Of a stretch of 64,000 bases of DNA, positions 1-17,467 are shown piece by piece; position 1 is the stretch's first letter, and every line of letters begins with the position of its first letter. The DNA lies in NCBI RefSeq assembly GCF_009914755.1, contig NC_060926.1. One strand, written 5' to 3'. The DNA is from the human T2T-CHM13v2.0 reference genome, Homo sapiens. The notes under the pieces are model-generated. The model was not told the origin of the DNA, ran no database searches, and was given only the letters and a program-made list of their open reading frames with translations. Both the position numbers and the translations under genes were made by a program.

Positions 1-602
1 TTAAAATCACTTGAGGTGCATTTTCAGAAATGAGGTTTAGGGAATGCAGGCTCTTAGGTAGGAGGCATTTGTGAAATAGTAAAAGCTAAATCTTCCTTAA
101 CACTTGGGCCATCGTGTATAACTTGTTAATGTGTTCTCTGTCATCCAAAAAAGGCTAATTTATTTTCAGTATATCATATTTACTGAGACATGAAGTTTAG
201 AAAGATTTTCATCAAAATAGTTAAAATTTAAGAACCTGAAACATATGCTACAGTTATCAGAAATTTCACATATACAGAACAGTGTATAAAGTTAGATGGA
301 AGAAAAAAACCACTTAAAGAAGGGTGGTAGGGAAAAGAAATGAACACATACTGAGTACCTGTTTGGTTTTTATTTAGTTCTTTCAACAAACACTATGAGA
401 TAGAAATTATTATCCTCATTTTACAGATGAGAAAATCAGGATTCAAAGAGGAGAAATATTTTGCCTATGATATCATCACTAATTAATGGTGTAGCCAATA
501 TTTGAACTCACTTTATCTGACCTCAAGGGCATACCATGCTGTCTCTTTCCATAATAGGATTTTTTAGCATATGTGGAAAAATCCAAGAAACTTCAAGCTT
601 CA

Positions 603-945
<343 letters not shown>

Positions 946-1789
946 TTACATGATCATATCATAACCAGCTTAAACCAGTGAAAAGTAGAACACATGTAAC
1001 AAAATCTGGTTAATATTTAGTCTTTCTTGTCACTTAAAAGAAAGGTAGTGATAATAAATGGAGATACCTTAAATAGATACTTCTGAATTGGAAAATGTTA
1101 CTTTTATATTTCTTGTAGGTGAGTATTTTGGATATGTAGTGTTAATTTTCCAGTGGTTGGAATCCACATGTCTCAAAGGTTTAGTGTGTAGGTAGTAAGA
1201 TCGTGGTTGCTCGGTAAATATATGGCAGTCTTCCCACATTGTGGGGATAGCCTGGGAATGAAAAGTATACAGATTGCTCTCAGGAACAATCAGCCTCAAA
1301 TGGAATCCTCACTGGAGAGTGACTTTACAGCAATTCAACAAGGGGTTAAAACGTTTCCTAACGAGGCTTGGAGGAACTGGAGCATCCTGAGAGGACTGGA
1401 AATGGGAATATAACCATAACCACCACAAAGCGCATCTATGAGTATCTTCCCTGCCGACCCAAGATATGGGGGAAAGCGCAGAAATATATAGTTTGGAAGG
1501 TTTGAAGAAATGAAATAATGGCCAACTTGTGAATAATGGTGAAAATATTTGATGATGTGACTCCCAGGGAAGCAATTATGGTTAACCCCTCATTTGTTTG
1601 GCATTTTCAAGGATCGAACTGTCCCGCAAAACTGAACTTTCCAGACAACTAAAATTTTCCTGTTTATATGCCTTGAATGCTTTCTTAACCATGCTTGGTG
1701 GAAATATTTCTGAAATAGATTATACAATTATATGTACATAGATTATACAGTTATCTTGCCTTCTTGAACAGAAGCTTCAGAAAATAACG

Positions 1790-2245
1790 TTTCCTTAGAT
1801 GCCTTTGACTGCACGTATCAGAAGACCCTATTATAAGAGGTTTAATAGTAAAGATTGTCTCACATAACAAGAAATCCAGAGCTGGGTAGTTCAGGGATGA
1901 TGAATCCAGCCACACAATGATGACAGGCTGACTTTCCCTCATGGTCACAAGATGGGGCCTCAACTCCAAGCCTCAAGACCTCACATGATCAGCTCTAAGG
2001 CAAGAATGAGATGGGGGCTTCTCCTTACACGTGTGTTTAATCAGAGAGGAAAATATTTCTCAAAAGACCCATAGCCCACTTCCCTTCAGGGGCTATTGGC
2101 AGGACTGAGTCACATTTCCATGTCTTGGTTTATTGAAGGCTGAGTGATATCCAGCACTGTCAGACTCTGGGGTGAGAAGAAGGTTCTGCCCATAAGAAAG
2201 AAGGATGGAGAATGGCTGTTAGGTACGCAACCACAGCTGTCCGCC
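1790..2245. mobile_element. Old MaLR LTR fragment (MLT1J/K-like)
   Basis: Motifs ctttgactgca..cagaagaccc, tcacataacaagaaatccag and atggtcacaagatgg are typical of degraded MLT1 LTRs. Boundaries approximate. Confidence 0.55.
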
Positions 2246-3055
2246 ACCACTGCCAAGATTGGGAGTGAATATCACTTACTATATGGTGATAGCTTAAGTG
2301 ACAGCTGGGATGTATGGAGCTTTTTGTTACTACACTGAATGGCCAGACTGGGATTCTTTCAGCTCTCCTAACCCTGCTTGTATTTATTCTATTCTTCCTC
2401 TGTGCTAGACTGCGAATTGTGACTACTTGCCTTTAATGTTCCTTGTCCTCATTTTGCCATAATTAGATACTTTTTTTTTCTGGAGAAATCATATAATCAA
2501 ACTTGTTGAACTATGCCTGAAATGTTGAGTGTCTGATAGGCTATCCTGGGAATCACATGCATGGTATGGCATTTCTTTTGGCTATTCATTTTTCCATTGT
2601 TGAGGTGTTTGGAGAAGTGAGAAATTTCTAGAAAGTCTTATGAATTGAGATACCACCTTACTAGAGTTGTCTTCTAGTGAAAAGATGAGCATTTAGGGGC
2701 AGATAAGCATGTTTGCTTGGGAAAGTAGAAATGCAGCCACTACTTGAACCTCACCAGAGTTCACAGAGAGGCAGCATAGTTTATCAGTGCATTCGGCTTT
2801 CCCCCAAAGCTGCATGGTTGGCTGTTGTCTGGAGAGCACCACAAGCTCTGGGACTGCAACCCGCGGAACCCATCACTGCAGTGACTGTCCAGAGTGAGGC
2901 AACCGGTGCAGAGCTTAATTCTTCCTCCCTTCCCCCAGGGCTTCAGAGCCTTGTGAATGCATCCTGTGAACTGCCTGGTTTGTGCAGAATTAAGAAGCAT
3001 TTGGTGTGACTTGTTTCAGCAAGTTCTTGAAGAATGCTTCAGAAATAGTTATTGA

Positions 3056-3203
3056 GACTGAGTGTAGTGGCTCATGCCTGTAATACCAACACTTTGGTAG
3101 GCCAAAGAGGGAGGATCACCTGAGGCCAGCAGTTTGAGACCAGCCTGGACAACATGGCAAGACCCTCATCTCTAAAAATAAAAAATTAAAAATTTAAAAA
3201 AAG
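3056..3203 (+). mobile_element. FLAM / free left Alu monomer
   Basis: Single Alu left arm with A-rich tail. Degraded TSD agaaatagttattga / agaaatggttactga. Confidence 0.85.
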
Positions 3204-3418
3204 AGAAGAAAGAAATGGTTACTGAAATTCTACTAAACAGGTGCAGACCATCCCCTCTGTGGATGAAGAGCCAACCAAGATTTAGTCTCTGTATATGGGA
3301 AGAAGGAAATAGGAAGCAGTTGTCAAAATAATACTGACACTAAGTAACTGAATCAAATGAGATGATTCTGCTCTAAGAATCAAACCTGACCCAGTAGGTT
3401 CTAAGAAAGCAAATGGCT

Positions 3419-3731
<313 letters not shown>

Positions 3732-4822
3732 TTAAAGTGTTCAATTTTGATATAGCTGAAACTATGAGCCCCAAATCCTTGGAATCTGGGCGGTTCCTTC
3801 AGAGCAAGTTAGCTGTTGGAAGTCCTAAAGTAATTATTTTACTATGCATCAGAAAATCATGAGTTAACCTATAGGCAAAAGTTAAGTGACAGAAACATTT
3901 GGGGATAAGGAAAGCAAGTTTTAATTTTTTTAATCTTGACTAAGTTGTACCATTCAAATCATTCTTGTCAGAAAAATGTGAAGTATTTCTCATAAATATT
4001 TTAGTTATTAACTCATTCTTATGCATAGAACATTTTAAAATAAGCCATCATTTTATTGACCATTGACTGATATAGACAGGATACAGCTTAGTTAAGTTGA
4101 GCAAGATACTGTATTTTTAAAATTTTATTTTCTCATATGTGAATTGCCAGTTTTATCTCTGAAGTACTCTGACTGTTCCTGCTCCCCTAATAATACATTT
4201 ACTGTGTGCACTGAGAAAGTATTCAAATTTTAATATTGGCTTCAATTACACTTTGTTAGACAAATCTCCATGGAGAAATAATAATGTAATCAATGCTTTT
4301 TGGGGACTGTGGTGGATATCAACATTACCTTGCTGCTGTTTTTTAAAAATCAGAACAACTCACTTGCCCAGGTAGATACATTTCCTTCATATTTTGAATT
4401 ATTTCTGATGCTAACTGGGCATTTAGGGAGTCAAAGAAGATGGTTCCAAAATAGGTGGGAAAAAATCATTTTTTAGCATATTAAAATATTAATACCAGCA
4501 ACTCATTTTCTACAAAACAAAATAATAAGAACGAAAATAGAAGGCATTCCAAAACCCGAAAAAGCCAGTAGCTTGAAAATCACATAGCCTGTGGTATTAT
4601 CTGCATTGCTTTGGATACTGAGTGATGACTGTATTTGCTTTAAATTTATAAATTATTGCAATTGAGTTCTACTGTTTAAAATTGTTGCTTTCTTGTAGGG
4701 AAGCTCTCATGGTACTTTTCTGCTGGTAATGATTGCTTTGGAGGTTACTCTCAACCTTGTTTTATATTTGCAAAAGTGTACATAGTATAAAACAACTGAA
4801 GTCAAAGTATATGTGAATAGGC

Positions 4823-5116
4823 TTTTTTTTTTGAGACGGAGTTTTTCTCTTGTTGCTCAAGCCGGAGTCCAGTGGCGCTGTCTCGGCTCACTGCAACATC
4901 TCTCTCCAGAGTTCAAGAGATTCTCCTGTCTCAGCCTTCTGAGTAGCTGGGATTACAGGTACGCACCACTATGCCCAGCTAATTTTTTGTATTTTTAGTA
5001 GAGACGGGGTTTCACCATGTTGGCCGGGCTGGTCTCGAACTCCTCACCTCAGGTAATCTGCCTGCCTCAGCCTCCCAAAGTACTGGGATTACAGGAGTGA
5101 GCCACCGCGCCCAGCC
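4823..5116 (-). mobile_element. Alu (AluSq/Sp-like)
   Basis: Reverse-complement Alu with T-tract. TSD gaataggc. Confidence 0.95.
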
Positions 5117-5141
5117 ACGAATAGGCCTTTTTAAAAAATTA

Positions 5142-5459
<318 letters not shown>

Positions 5460-5980
5460 TCAGAAGAAATGGAAGTAGTAATGAGAAAAGATACAAAGTT
5501 AATTTTAGAAAGCAATATTTGTGCAGAGTGACTGAAAACGTTACAGATCATGCTTTGCAATATGCAGGGACTCAAAAGCGATTTCTGAATTGAATTATTG
5601 ATTTTAATCAGTCTTTCGTATTGTTCCTCTATACTATGAACTCTCTGCTTTGGCACCAACAGACATGTATTCAGACTGCCCTATTGTGGTACTTGAAAAA
5701 TGTGACTAAAGAGTGGACATTCAAAATCGTGCCCTTTTCTCTGACTGTCGTGTGATTCATCTGTAGAAACCCCCTGCAGCACTGAGTCAGTCATCATCAG
5801 AGTCAAGTGCACTCCGAGTCTAAGAGGCCCTCCCAACTGGATGGTTTTTTGATTCTCGGGAGTTTTTTGGCTTCTCCTTAAAAGTCTGCTGCGGACCTAA
5901 GTTTTCCTTCAAGAAATCATATTGAGTGCTGAGAGTACCTAGTCCAAGTTGAATGTCACCCCAGACTAGAATAGTGATAG

Positions 5981-6347
<367 letters not shown>

Positions 6348-6489
6348 TAGCTAAAAAGACGAACCTTATACATACTTCATAATGACAACTTTAGCTTCCT
6401 AAATTGTGACATAGTGAATGAGTCGTAAGCAGGTTATGCCAGTGTCCTCTGGAGTAGGAGAAGGCAATGTGGGGCATAGTAGGAGCCGA

Positions 6490-6700
6490 ATGTTTGAATC
6501 ATGGGACTAGATTTGAGTCTTGCCCCTGCCTGACTGTGACATGAGCAAGTTAATATACCTCTTAGAGTCTCTGGTTTGCTCACCTGTTAAATGCAAATGT
6601 TGAAGATAATGTCTCTGTCATGGAGTTCTAAGTAACAAATCAGATAACGTGTATAAAGATACCCTGTAAATCTAGAAAATTCTATACTTGTTTTTCTTAT
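6490..6700. mobile_element. MIR fragment
   Basis: MIR core-like ctgtgacatgagcaagttaatatacctcttagagtctctggtttgctcacctgttaaatg. Confidence 0.6.
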
Positions 6701-7657
6701 TATTTTTATGCTGTTCCTATTCTTTGTCCTAGAAGTGGATAACATTCATACACATATACGTTATATACCTTTAAGAATGTGTTATTGAAACAGTCTGTGT
6801 TTTTAATGATGATTTGCCTCAACTAATAACAAGTCAGTTTACTTTTAAAAATTGAGTTAAAGAACCCCAAAATGAAAGATAAAGCATATAACACATGTTA
6901 ACAGCAAGGATTGGAATTAGCCTGTACTATCACAGCAAACATATTTAGTGCTCAGAGTAGTACCTTATGCGTTCCATTAAGGAACTCCCACTGATTTAGG
7001 AGATATAAATATATGTGGTAATGCATATGGAAAAAACTGAAACTGCTGAGTATCAAAATTCACTGCTTGATTGGAAGTAGAGTGATAACTTCATTTTTCC
7101 TGGTAGTCTGGTTGCCATATCCTATAAAGTAGAAAGATTATCACCTGCACTCTTACCGCTTCTCCAAATGCATTCTTGAAAAACAGCCTCTGTCCCACTG
7201 CCTCCATCAAATTATAGATGTGGAATACATTGCCCAACCCTTGAAGAGTTTATGTTATAATAGACACTTAAAACAGATAGAAAGAGAACTCTGCTATGGA
7301 ATATTGATCCCGGGAAGTGCTAGAGAGGAATGTCAGATGGTTGCAGGCACCCAAGCATCCTTCCCTAAGCTTCTGTGACCATTTCAAAGCATTCTTACAG
7401 CACCTACACATCATGCCTTCTATTGGTGACATTTTCACCCACGTGTGATTTGCCTCTAGATTATAAACTCCTCGAAGATGGAGAAGTCACTTTGTATTTC
7501 TTGGTGCCTTTCTATACACCACACCTTTCATCCAAACTGCAAGCAGTATTTGTGGTTCAAATAGAGTTTCGTACCTAACATTCGGATTTAGTCAAAAAAA
7601 AAAATCTTAAGATGTGTTTATGCTCTAACTTTCTTTTTCTTTCTTCTGTCTTTGCAG

Positions 7658-7811
7658 TTGACCTGCCTCTGTTTTTCCCTCGAGACCAGCCAACTCTCAC
7701 ATTTCAGTCCGTTTATCACTTTACCAACAGTGGACAGCTTTACTCCCAGGCCCAAAAAAATTATCCGTACAGCCCCAGATGGGATGGAAATGAAATGGCC
7801 AAAAGAGCAAA
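7658..7811 (+). CDS. BABAM2: BABAM2 (BRE/BRCC45) penultimate coding exon, 154 bp, part of the C-terminal UEV domain
   Basis: Translates as (I)[50 protein letters not shown](K), recognised as the BRE C-terminal region. Branch point CTAAC at 7625-7629, pyrimidine tract, tttgcag acceptor, and AA|gtaagt donor (phase 2). Confidence 0.97.
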
Positions 7812-7866
7812 GTAAGTGAATCTGTCGTTATTTCCAACAGGTAAGAGCATTTTGTTTATCTAGTCC

Positions 7867-8068
7867 AGGGGTTGGCAAGCTACTGCTTGCAGGTTAGTTC
7901 CTGCCCTGTGCATGTTTTTGTAAATAAAGTTTTATAGAAACACAGCAACACCCATTTCTTTACTTATTATCTGTGGCCGCTTTAATGCTACAGTGGCAGA
8001 GTGAGTAGTTGCAACAGAGACTGGATGGCCTAGAAAACAAAAAATATTTACTGTTTGGCCCTTTGTAG
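7867..8068. mobile_element. MER58A-like hAT-Charlie MITE
   Basis: Begins caggggttggcaa and contains tttgtaaataaagttttatagaaacacagc and atatttactgtttggccctt. A homologous copy lies at 27551. Confidence 0.75.
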
Positions 8069-8883
8069 CTTCATCAGGAAGAAGCTGATCTACATCTGAA
8101 AGTGTTTCCTTTTTCTACTGTTTCTGTTGGTCTCTAAAATTAGCCATGACAGCTTTTGTTTTTTTTCATGGAATGTAGAATTTATCAGAAAACTACCTCT
8201 CTATTTAGAGTAGAGGATAAATACTAAATAGGAATTCGAGTTGTGGGTAAATGGCATAAATGATGAAAATGTTGGCAGCTACTTTTTATAGTTTTTTAAA
8301 AAATGGAAAATTTCAGGTGGCAGTAAACAAACAATTTTTGCTTAGTAGTCAACACCTGGAGCCGGTAGCTACTCTTTCATATGGAAATGAATCTCTGAAT
8401 TCTATACCTCATTGCGTCTCTGCAGTGTATACCATAGCTGTTGCCCAAAGTAGGACCTGTGTATTTCTTGGTCAAATAAACAGCTACACAAATAGCTTAG
8501 GGCTATTAGAATAGATATGGAAGTAGGATTTCATAGAGGTCGAAGTTAGCTAAAGTTTGGAGTTTAGAGGTACAACTATTGCTCATGAACCTCTCAGTGT
8601 GGAAGGCCTCACTTCAGTCATACAGAATAGGTAAATATAGAAATATGCTGAGTGTTTTTTATATTTAAGACTTTGGTGTCTGGAACATCAGTCTTCATAA
8701 ACCATGACCTCCTAGATTGAAGAAGCAGTGGATCAAAATCATAGTTTCCAAAAATAAATCGAAGAGTGCATGTGGTTATAACTTTATCGCTTGGAACAGT
8801 CATATGCTTCACACCTGTGATCCCAGCTGAAGGATGATCAGATCCAAAGTATCACACAAATATAGACTATCTATTAGGCCTCC

Positions 8884-9015
8884 TCTTCATTTGCTCATCC
8901 AGTATTTATTAAGCATCTACCATGTTCCAAGCATTGTGCTCAATGCTAGGAATATAATGATAAACGAATTAGAAATTGTCCCTGTCTTCATGGAATTTAT
9001 AGCCCAGCAAAGAAG
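8884..9015. mobile_element. L2 3'-end fragment
   Basis: Motif ttcatttgctcatccagtatttattaagcatctaccatgttccaagcattgtgct is typical of L2. Confidence 0.6.
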
Positions 9016-9100
9016 ATAAAGCCTTTATCATATGAAACTTCTGACAATTTCAAAGTACCTACTAACAAAACCTGGACCTCCAGATCTGGAATGTTCTTGA

Positions 9101-9558
<458 letters not shown>

Positions 9559-11444
9559 TGAGATTCTTAAATAATGTCAGGGTGTCTTCTTCTAGAAACC
9601 AGACTGCCTCAGATTTATATGCAGAATCCAGAGTTGTTATCTGAAACTTTAATGTGCCTTCTTCTTTCCCTTTATTTTCTCTTTTTATCCGTGACACCCA
9701 AGTCTGAAATCCCATTCAGGACAAAAACAAGCATATGCAAATATAACAAGTAACAATGATTAAGACTTACACATCCTGAAATACAATGGAAAAAAGGAAT
9801 TATGAAGTATGTTTTATGCTTGAAGTATTGATATCGTTTAATTTTCTGGGCTTTCCTTGTGTATACATAGGATCTGCCCTAAGAAGATGGGCATTATTTG
9901 TGGTACGTGCTGAACCAGATGTGTCTTTGTGGTTTCCATGGCAAAGCTATCTTGGTGTGTATGTGTGTGTGTGTGTTTCCTAAGTAGACATTTTAGCAAG
10001 TATGAATTGAGTCTTTAAGAAGTTGCAGACCACAAGCCCGTGATTTCAGTATAGGAATATCGTAAGTGAAGCCTGTTTATCTTAACAGATTGGTTCAGAG
10101 TTTCAAGAGACATTTGCTTTATGTTAACACCAGTCTAAAGAAAACATCTGAAGTAATGTTTAAAAAATCTGCTTTCTACTGTAGCGAAGATGGATCCATT
10201 TTAAATGTAATAAAAGAGAAAGCCAGCAGCTCGTGCTAGCAAGAAGAAATAGTTTAAGTTTCCATTCTTCAGCTGAACTGAGTAACTACCCTGTGCTGTG
10301 TCAGAAAGCCAGATAAACACCGTGAAAGAACTGTCCTGCAGTATAGTCTTGAGATTGGTGGAGAAGGTTGAAGACAAAGGATGGAAAGAGAGGAGGGTCA
10401 ACTGTAGCATTCCTTCCACACCCTGTTTCTTTGTCCTGTGAAAATACCGTACGTACACAGTGCGTAAAAGGCTATAATTCACTTGGGGAGCTCTGCCCAT
10501 GACATAAACACTCTCATGGTTTATGAACAGCAGTGGAGCCTTTTGAGTGGAATCAGCTGTTTATTCCCTCCTGTAGAGCAAAATTCTAAACAATGTAACC
10601 TCAGAAAGGACACTTCCTGGCACTGACCAGGGCTTTTCCTACCACATGTGCTTCTTTCTTTCTCATGGCTGTCTAGCAGATTCTGTCCCTCGCAAGTGAA
10701 GCAGCATTTACAAGGTGAGCACAGGCTTTGGGGTCATGTGTGCCCCAGTTGCTATTGCAAAGTCTAATCCTGCAAGCTCTGTGGTCTTGGGCAGAGCTCT
10801 TAACCTCTCTGAACCTCATTCCTAAAACAGGACTGTACTCCTCCCTATTGGATGGACTTGCTATGAGAGGCCAGCAAGTTAACACTTGGAAGACCATGGG
10901 TTTTAGCTTCTGCTGTGTACCTCAGTGCCTTTGCTCACGCCTTTCCTCCCACCCTCTTTCTGCCCCCTCAAACAGACACATCCTTCAACCTTCTCCCATA
11001 TGGGTTTTCCCATCCACTCTACTTTGCCAGCAGCTCTCTCCCCTCCCAGTCTCCTTTGACTCTAATCACATACTGCTTTGGAATCTCTTTGGTATTTTCT
11101 TTTAGTTCTTCACATCTTCATATATATTTTGTTTCCTTAACCAAACCATGAGTACTTTGAAGGAAATGGCTTTGCATATATATCTTTTTTTAAAATTACA
11201 GTATAATTTATATACAATGGAGTGGACAGGTTTTAAGTATATCTTTTGACAAGTTTTGACGAAGTTACCTTATAGCCTCTTTCCAAATAGTCTCTTTACT
11301 CTCAAGGCAACTATTGTTCTGTATCACCCTGTCTTAGTTTTTTCTTTTAGATACTTCTAAATGAAATAATACAGATCATACTCTTTTGTGTCTGACACAA
11401 TGAAATTTATCTTCATTTCATTCAACATAATTGTTTAAGATTTA

Positions 11445-11775
<331 letters not shown>

Positions 11776-12339
11776 TTACTGCTGAGTAATATTCTATTAT
11801 ATGAATATAATGTATTAATCCATTCACCCATGTGTAGATACTTGTGTTGTTTCCAGGTTGAGGATTTTATTAATAGAGCTGCTATGACCAAGCCTTTTTG
11901 TAGACATGTGCTTTCCTTTCTTCAGGTAAATACTTGGGAGTGGGAGTACATATGTGATTAACTTTATGAGAAGGTGACAAGCTTTTTTAAAGTGGTATCG
12001 GTTTACCCTCCCATCAGCAATATGCCAGGGTTCCAGTTGCTTCACATTCTCACCAACACATCCTATTGTCAGTCTTTTTAAATTGTACCATTCTAGAGAG
12101 GATAAAGTAAGATCTCATGTTTTTAATTTACATTTCCTGGTGATAAATGATGTTGAGCATCTTGGCATGTGCTTATTGGTTTATCTCTTTCATGAAATGT
12201 CTGTTCAAATCTTGCCTATTTTTAATTTGGTTGTTAGTCTTTTTATTAATGAGTTGTATATATGAGTTTCTTTATATATTTGTCAGATATATTTTTTGTG
12301 AGTATCGTCTTTCAATCTGTGGCTTGCCATTTCATTTTC

Positions 12340-12479
12340 TTTTTCCTTTTTTTAATAGAGACAATATTTCGCTATGTTGCCCAGGCTGGTCTTGAACCCT
12401 TGGGCTCAAGTGATCCTTGATCCTCCCGCCGCAGCCTCCCAAAATCTTGGGATTACAGGTGTGAGCCACTATTCCTGCC
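12340..12479 (-). mobile_element. FLAM_C / Alu left monomer
   Basis: Single left-arm sequence in reverse orientation. Confidence 0.85.
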
Positions 12480-12862
12480 CTTTTCATTTCTTAAGAGTGT
12501 CTTTTGATGAGCAGAAAATCTTCATTTTTTAAATGAAATCTGTTTTTTACGTTAATGCTCTTTGTATACTCAAAATTATTAGCCTACTAGAAGGTCATGA
12601 AGAAATTATCCTATGTTTTCTTCTAGAAGCTTTTGTTTTGATACATAGGCCTATGATCCATCTCAAATTAATTTTTGTATATGATATGAGGTAGATGCCA
12701 AGGTTAATTTTTTGTTCATATGTATCCAGATATTACAACACCATTTGTTGAAAATACTTTTCTTTCCCTGTTGAATTACCTTTACATCTTTGTCAAAAGT
12801 CAATTAACCACATGTGAGTGGATCTATTTCTGGATACTCTATTCTGTTCCATTGATAGGTTT

Positions 12863-12926
12863 GTATACCAATATTTCTTGAAATCAGGAAAGGTATACCA
12901 ATATTTCTTGAAATCAGGAAAGGTAT
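12863..12926. repeat. Perfect 30-bp tandem duplication
   Basis: gtataccaatatttcttgaaatcaggaaag twice, then gtat. Confidence 0.95.
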
Positions 12927-13197
12927 CCAAGCTTGTTCTTTTTAAAGATTGTTTTGGCTATTCTAGGTCCTTTGCATTTTTATATATCTTTTAGAATCAG
13001 CTTGCCAATTCCCACCTCTCCCCACTCCAACGCCCCCCCCACCAAAAGCCTGCTGATCAACAAGGGAAGAATTGACATTTTTACAATACTGAATCTTTTA
13101 TAATACTGAATCAATGAACATGGTTTTATTTAGGTCTTTAGTTTCTCAGAAATTTTTAAAATATTTCAATGTAGAAATCTTGAAATATTTTTAAATG

Positions 13198-13708
<511 letters not shown>

Positions 13709-13893
13709 TAAATATAAAATATTTATAAATATATAAAAATATAAACAAAATTTTTAAAAATTTATTTTCTAGTTTGTTGCTGGTATACAGGAATACAAAT
13801 GATTTTTCTATACTGACATGGCATCCTGTGACATTGCTAAATTCACTTATTACTACTAAAATCTAATAGATTTTTTAAATAGATTTCTTATAA

Positions 13894-14330
<437 letters not shown>

Positions 14331-15931
14331 TAACAGCTTTACTTCTTTCCTTCCAATCTTTATGTTTTTCTGTTTCTTTTTCCACCTACTTGCACTGAAT
14401 AGGACCTCCAGTACAATTTTTTACATAAGTGATAAGAGCAGAATCTAGCTGTATGTTTCTCTATTAAGGCTAATGTTGAGGTTTTACATAGATGTCTTTA
14501 TCACGTTAAAGAAATTCTTGTATTACTACTTTGCTAAGAGGTTTTCTTTTTTTCTTTTTTTATCATGAATGGGTGTTGAATTCCATAGATTGCTTTTTCT
14601 GCATCTTTTGACATTGACATAATCATGTGGTTTTTCTTTATTCTGTTAATGTGAATTACATTATTTAGTTTTTGCATGTTGAACCAACCTTGCATTCCAA
14701 AGATAAACCCTTCTCGGTCATGATTTTATCCTGTTTTATATTATTAAATTTGATTTGCTAAAATTTTAAGATTTTTACATCTACATTTATGAATGATATT
14801 GGTCTAAAATTTCTTTTCTTGTGTTTGTCCTTGTCAGGTCTTTGGTATCAGTACTATGCTGGCTTCATTAAATAAACTGGAAAGTATTCCTTCCTCCCTT
14901 GTTTTCTGAAAGAGTTTGTGCAGATTTAGTATTATTTCTTTCCAAATGTTTGGTAGGGTTTCCTTTGTGCAAAAAATATTTAGTGTCTTTAGTAAATGTA
15001 GGGATATTCAGATTGCTGTATTTCTTCTTGTGTTCATTTTAGCAAGCTAGGTTTTTTAATAAGAAATTGATCCATCATGTCTAAGTTGTCAAAGTGATTG
15101 GCAATACATTGTTTCTAATGTCTTCCTTTTCAAGTTTCTTAGAGTAGAAGCTTAGGTCACAATTTTAATCCTTTTTTCTTTTTTAATATAAAATTACTTT
15201 CTACAGATTGCTTAAGCTGCATTCCACAAAGTTTTGTATGTTATTTTTCATTATTATTTTATTAGAAATATTTTCTGATTTCCCTTGTGATTTCTTCTTG
15301 AACCATGGGTTATTTATAGTTGTGCTTCTTGAATTTCAAGTGTTTAGAAAGACTTTTCTAAATATCTTATTGATTTATATTAATTAGGTTTTGGTCAGAG
15401 ATCATAACCTGTATGATTTCAAGCCTTTGGAATTTGTTGAGAATTGTTTTGTAGACCAGCATGTGATCTATCTTGATAAATATTCCATGTAAACCTGAAA
15501 AGAATGTGTGTCCTGCAGTTTTGGGGTATAGTGTTCTATATATACATTAACTAAGTTAAATTACTTGTTAGTGTTATTCAAATCTTTTAGCTCTTTACTG
15601 TTTTTTTATGTCTATTATATCAGTTATTGAAAGGAGGTATTAACATTTTCACCTGTGGGGTTTTGGATTCGTCTGTTTCTCCCCTTCTGCTAATTTTTAC
15701 TTTTTATATCTTAAAGCTTTATTTTTAGATACATATTTAGAATTGTTAGGTCTTCTCAATAACTTGGTCCTTCTATCATTATGAGATGACTCTATTTCTG
15801 GCAATATTCTTTGACTTGAAATCTGCTCCATTTGATATTAAAATTGTTACACCAGCTTTCTTCTGTGTATTTTTTGCATGGTATATATTTTTTTCATCCT
15901 TTCTTTATCCTGTCTGTGTCTTTATATTTGA

Positions 15932-16625
<694 letters not shown>

Positions 16626-17467
16626 TAATTGGAGTATTTCATTTATTTATACATTTAATATAAATAATAAGCTTACTGGGTTTAAGCCCTACAGTCTTTC
16701 TATTCATATTTTTGGTTTGGGTTTTTTTTTTTTATTCCTTTGTCCTTTTCTTCCTGTATTCTTTCAGTTTATTAAAGTATTTTTTAGTTTACCATTTTCT
16801 CTTCTGTTGGTGTGTTAGCTATATTTCTTTGTATATTTTAGTCATTTATACACTAAAAATACACCGTTAACTTATCACAGCCTACCGTGAATTAATATTA
16901 TAATGCTTCCTGTATAAACAGTGTAATTATCTGTGTACCTTCTATTTATCTTTGTGCTGTCATATTCACACACTTTCAGTCTTCGTATTTTATGAATTCC
17001 ACAATACATTGTTATTACTTTGGCTTTTAATAGTCAACTAACTTTTAAAGAATTCAAGAAAAAAAGAAAAATTACCTTCCATCTTATTCTGTAGTTTTTC
17101 AATAAATGTAATAAATAATCATTTCCTCTAAAAAAAAAACCTATTTAAAATTACTTCCTCCAAATAAGCCGTCAGAGTGACCATATCCAGCCTATAGGCA
17201 GAGGACATTGAAATTGGCAGTCATCAAGAAAAGAAAATGATATCTACATGACATCCAGGTGCCTCTGTCTGCCCTGTGGACTTCATTCACAGTGGCCCCT
17301 CACACACTTTTATGGGATCATCAGCTGCAGCCCTTCAAGGGTTATAATGCAGAAATTCTTAGTAGGCCTCATACAGATTATAAAAACTGAGGCTCAGAGT
17401 GATTAATTGACTTTGCCGAGGGCACACAGCTGGCTTCTAGAGGAGTGAGGGCTCAACATAGGTCCTC

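Noticed and set aside
7612-7657. N-terminal part of ORF 7612-7815, and 36354-36562 of ORF 36354-36722
   Set aside because: Intronic branch-point and pyrimidine-tract sequence upstream of the true acceptors; only the exon parts are coding.
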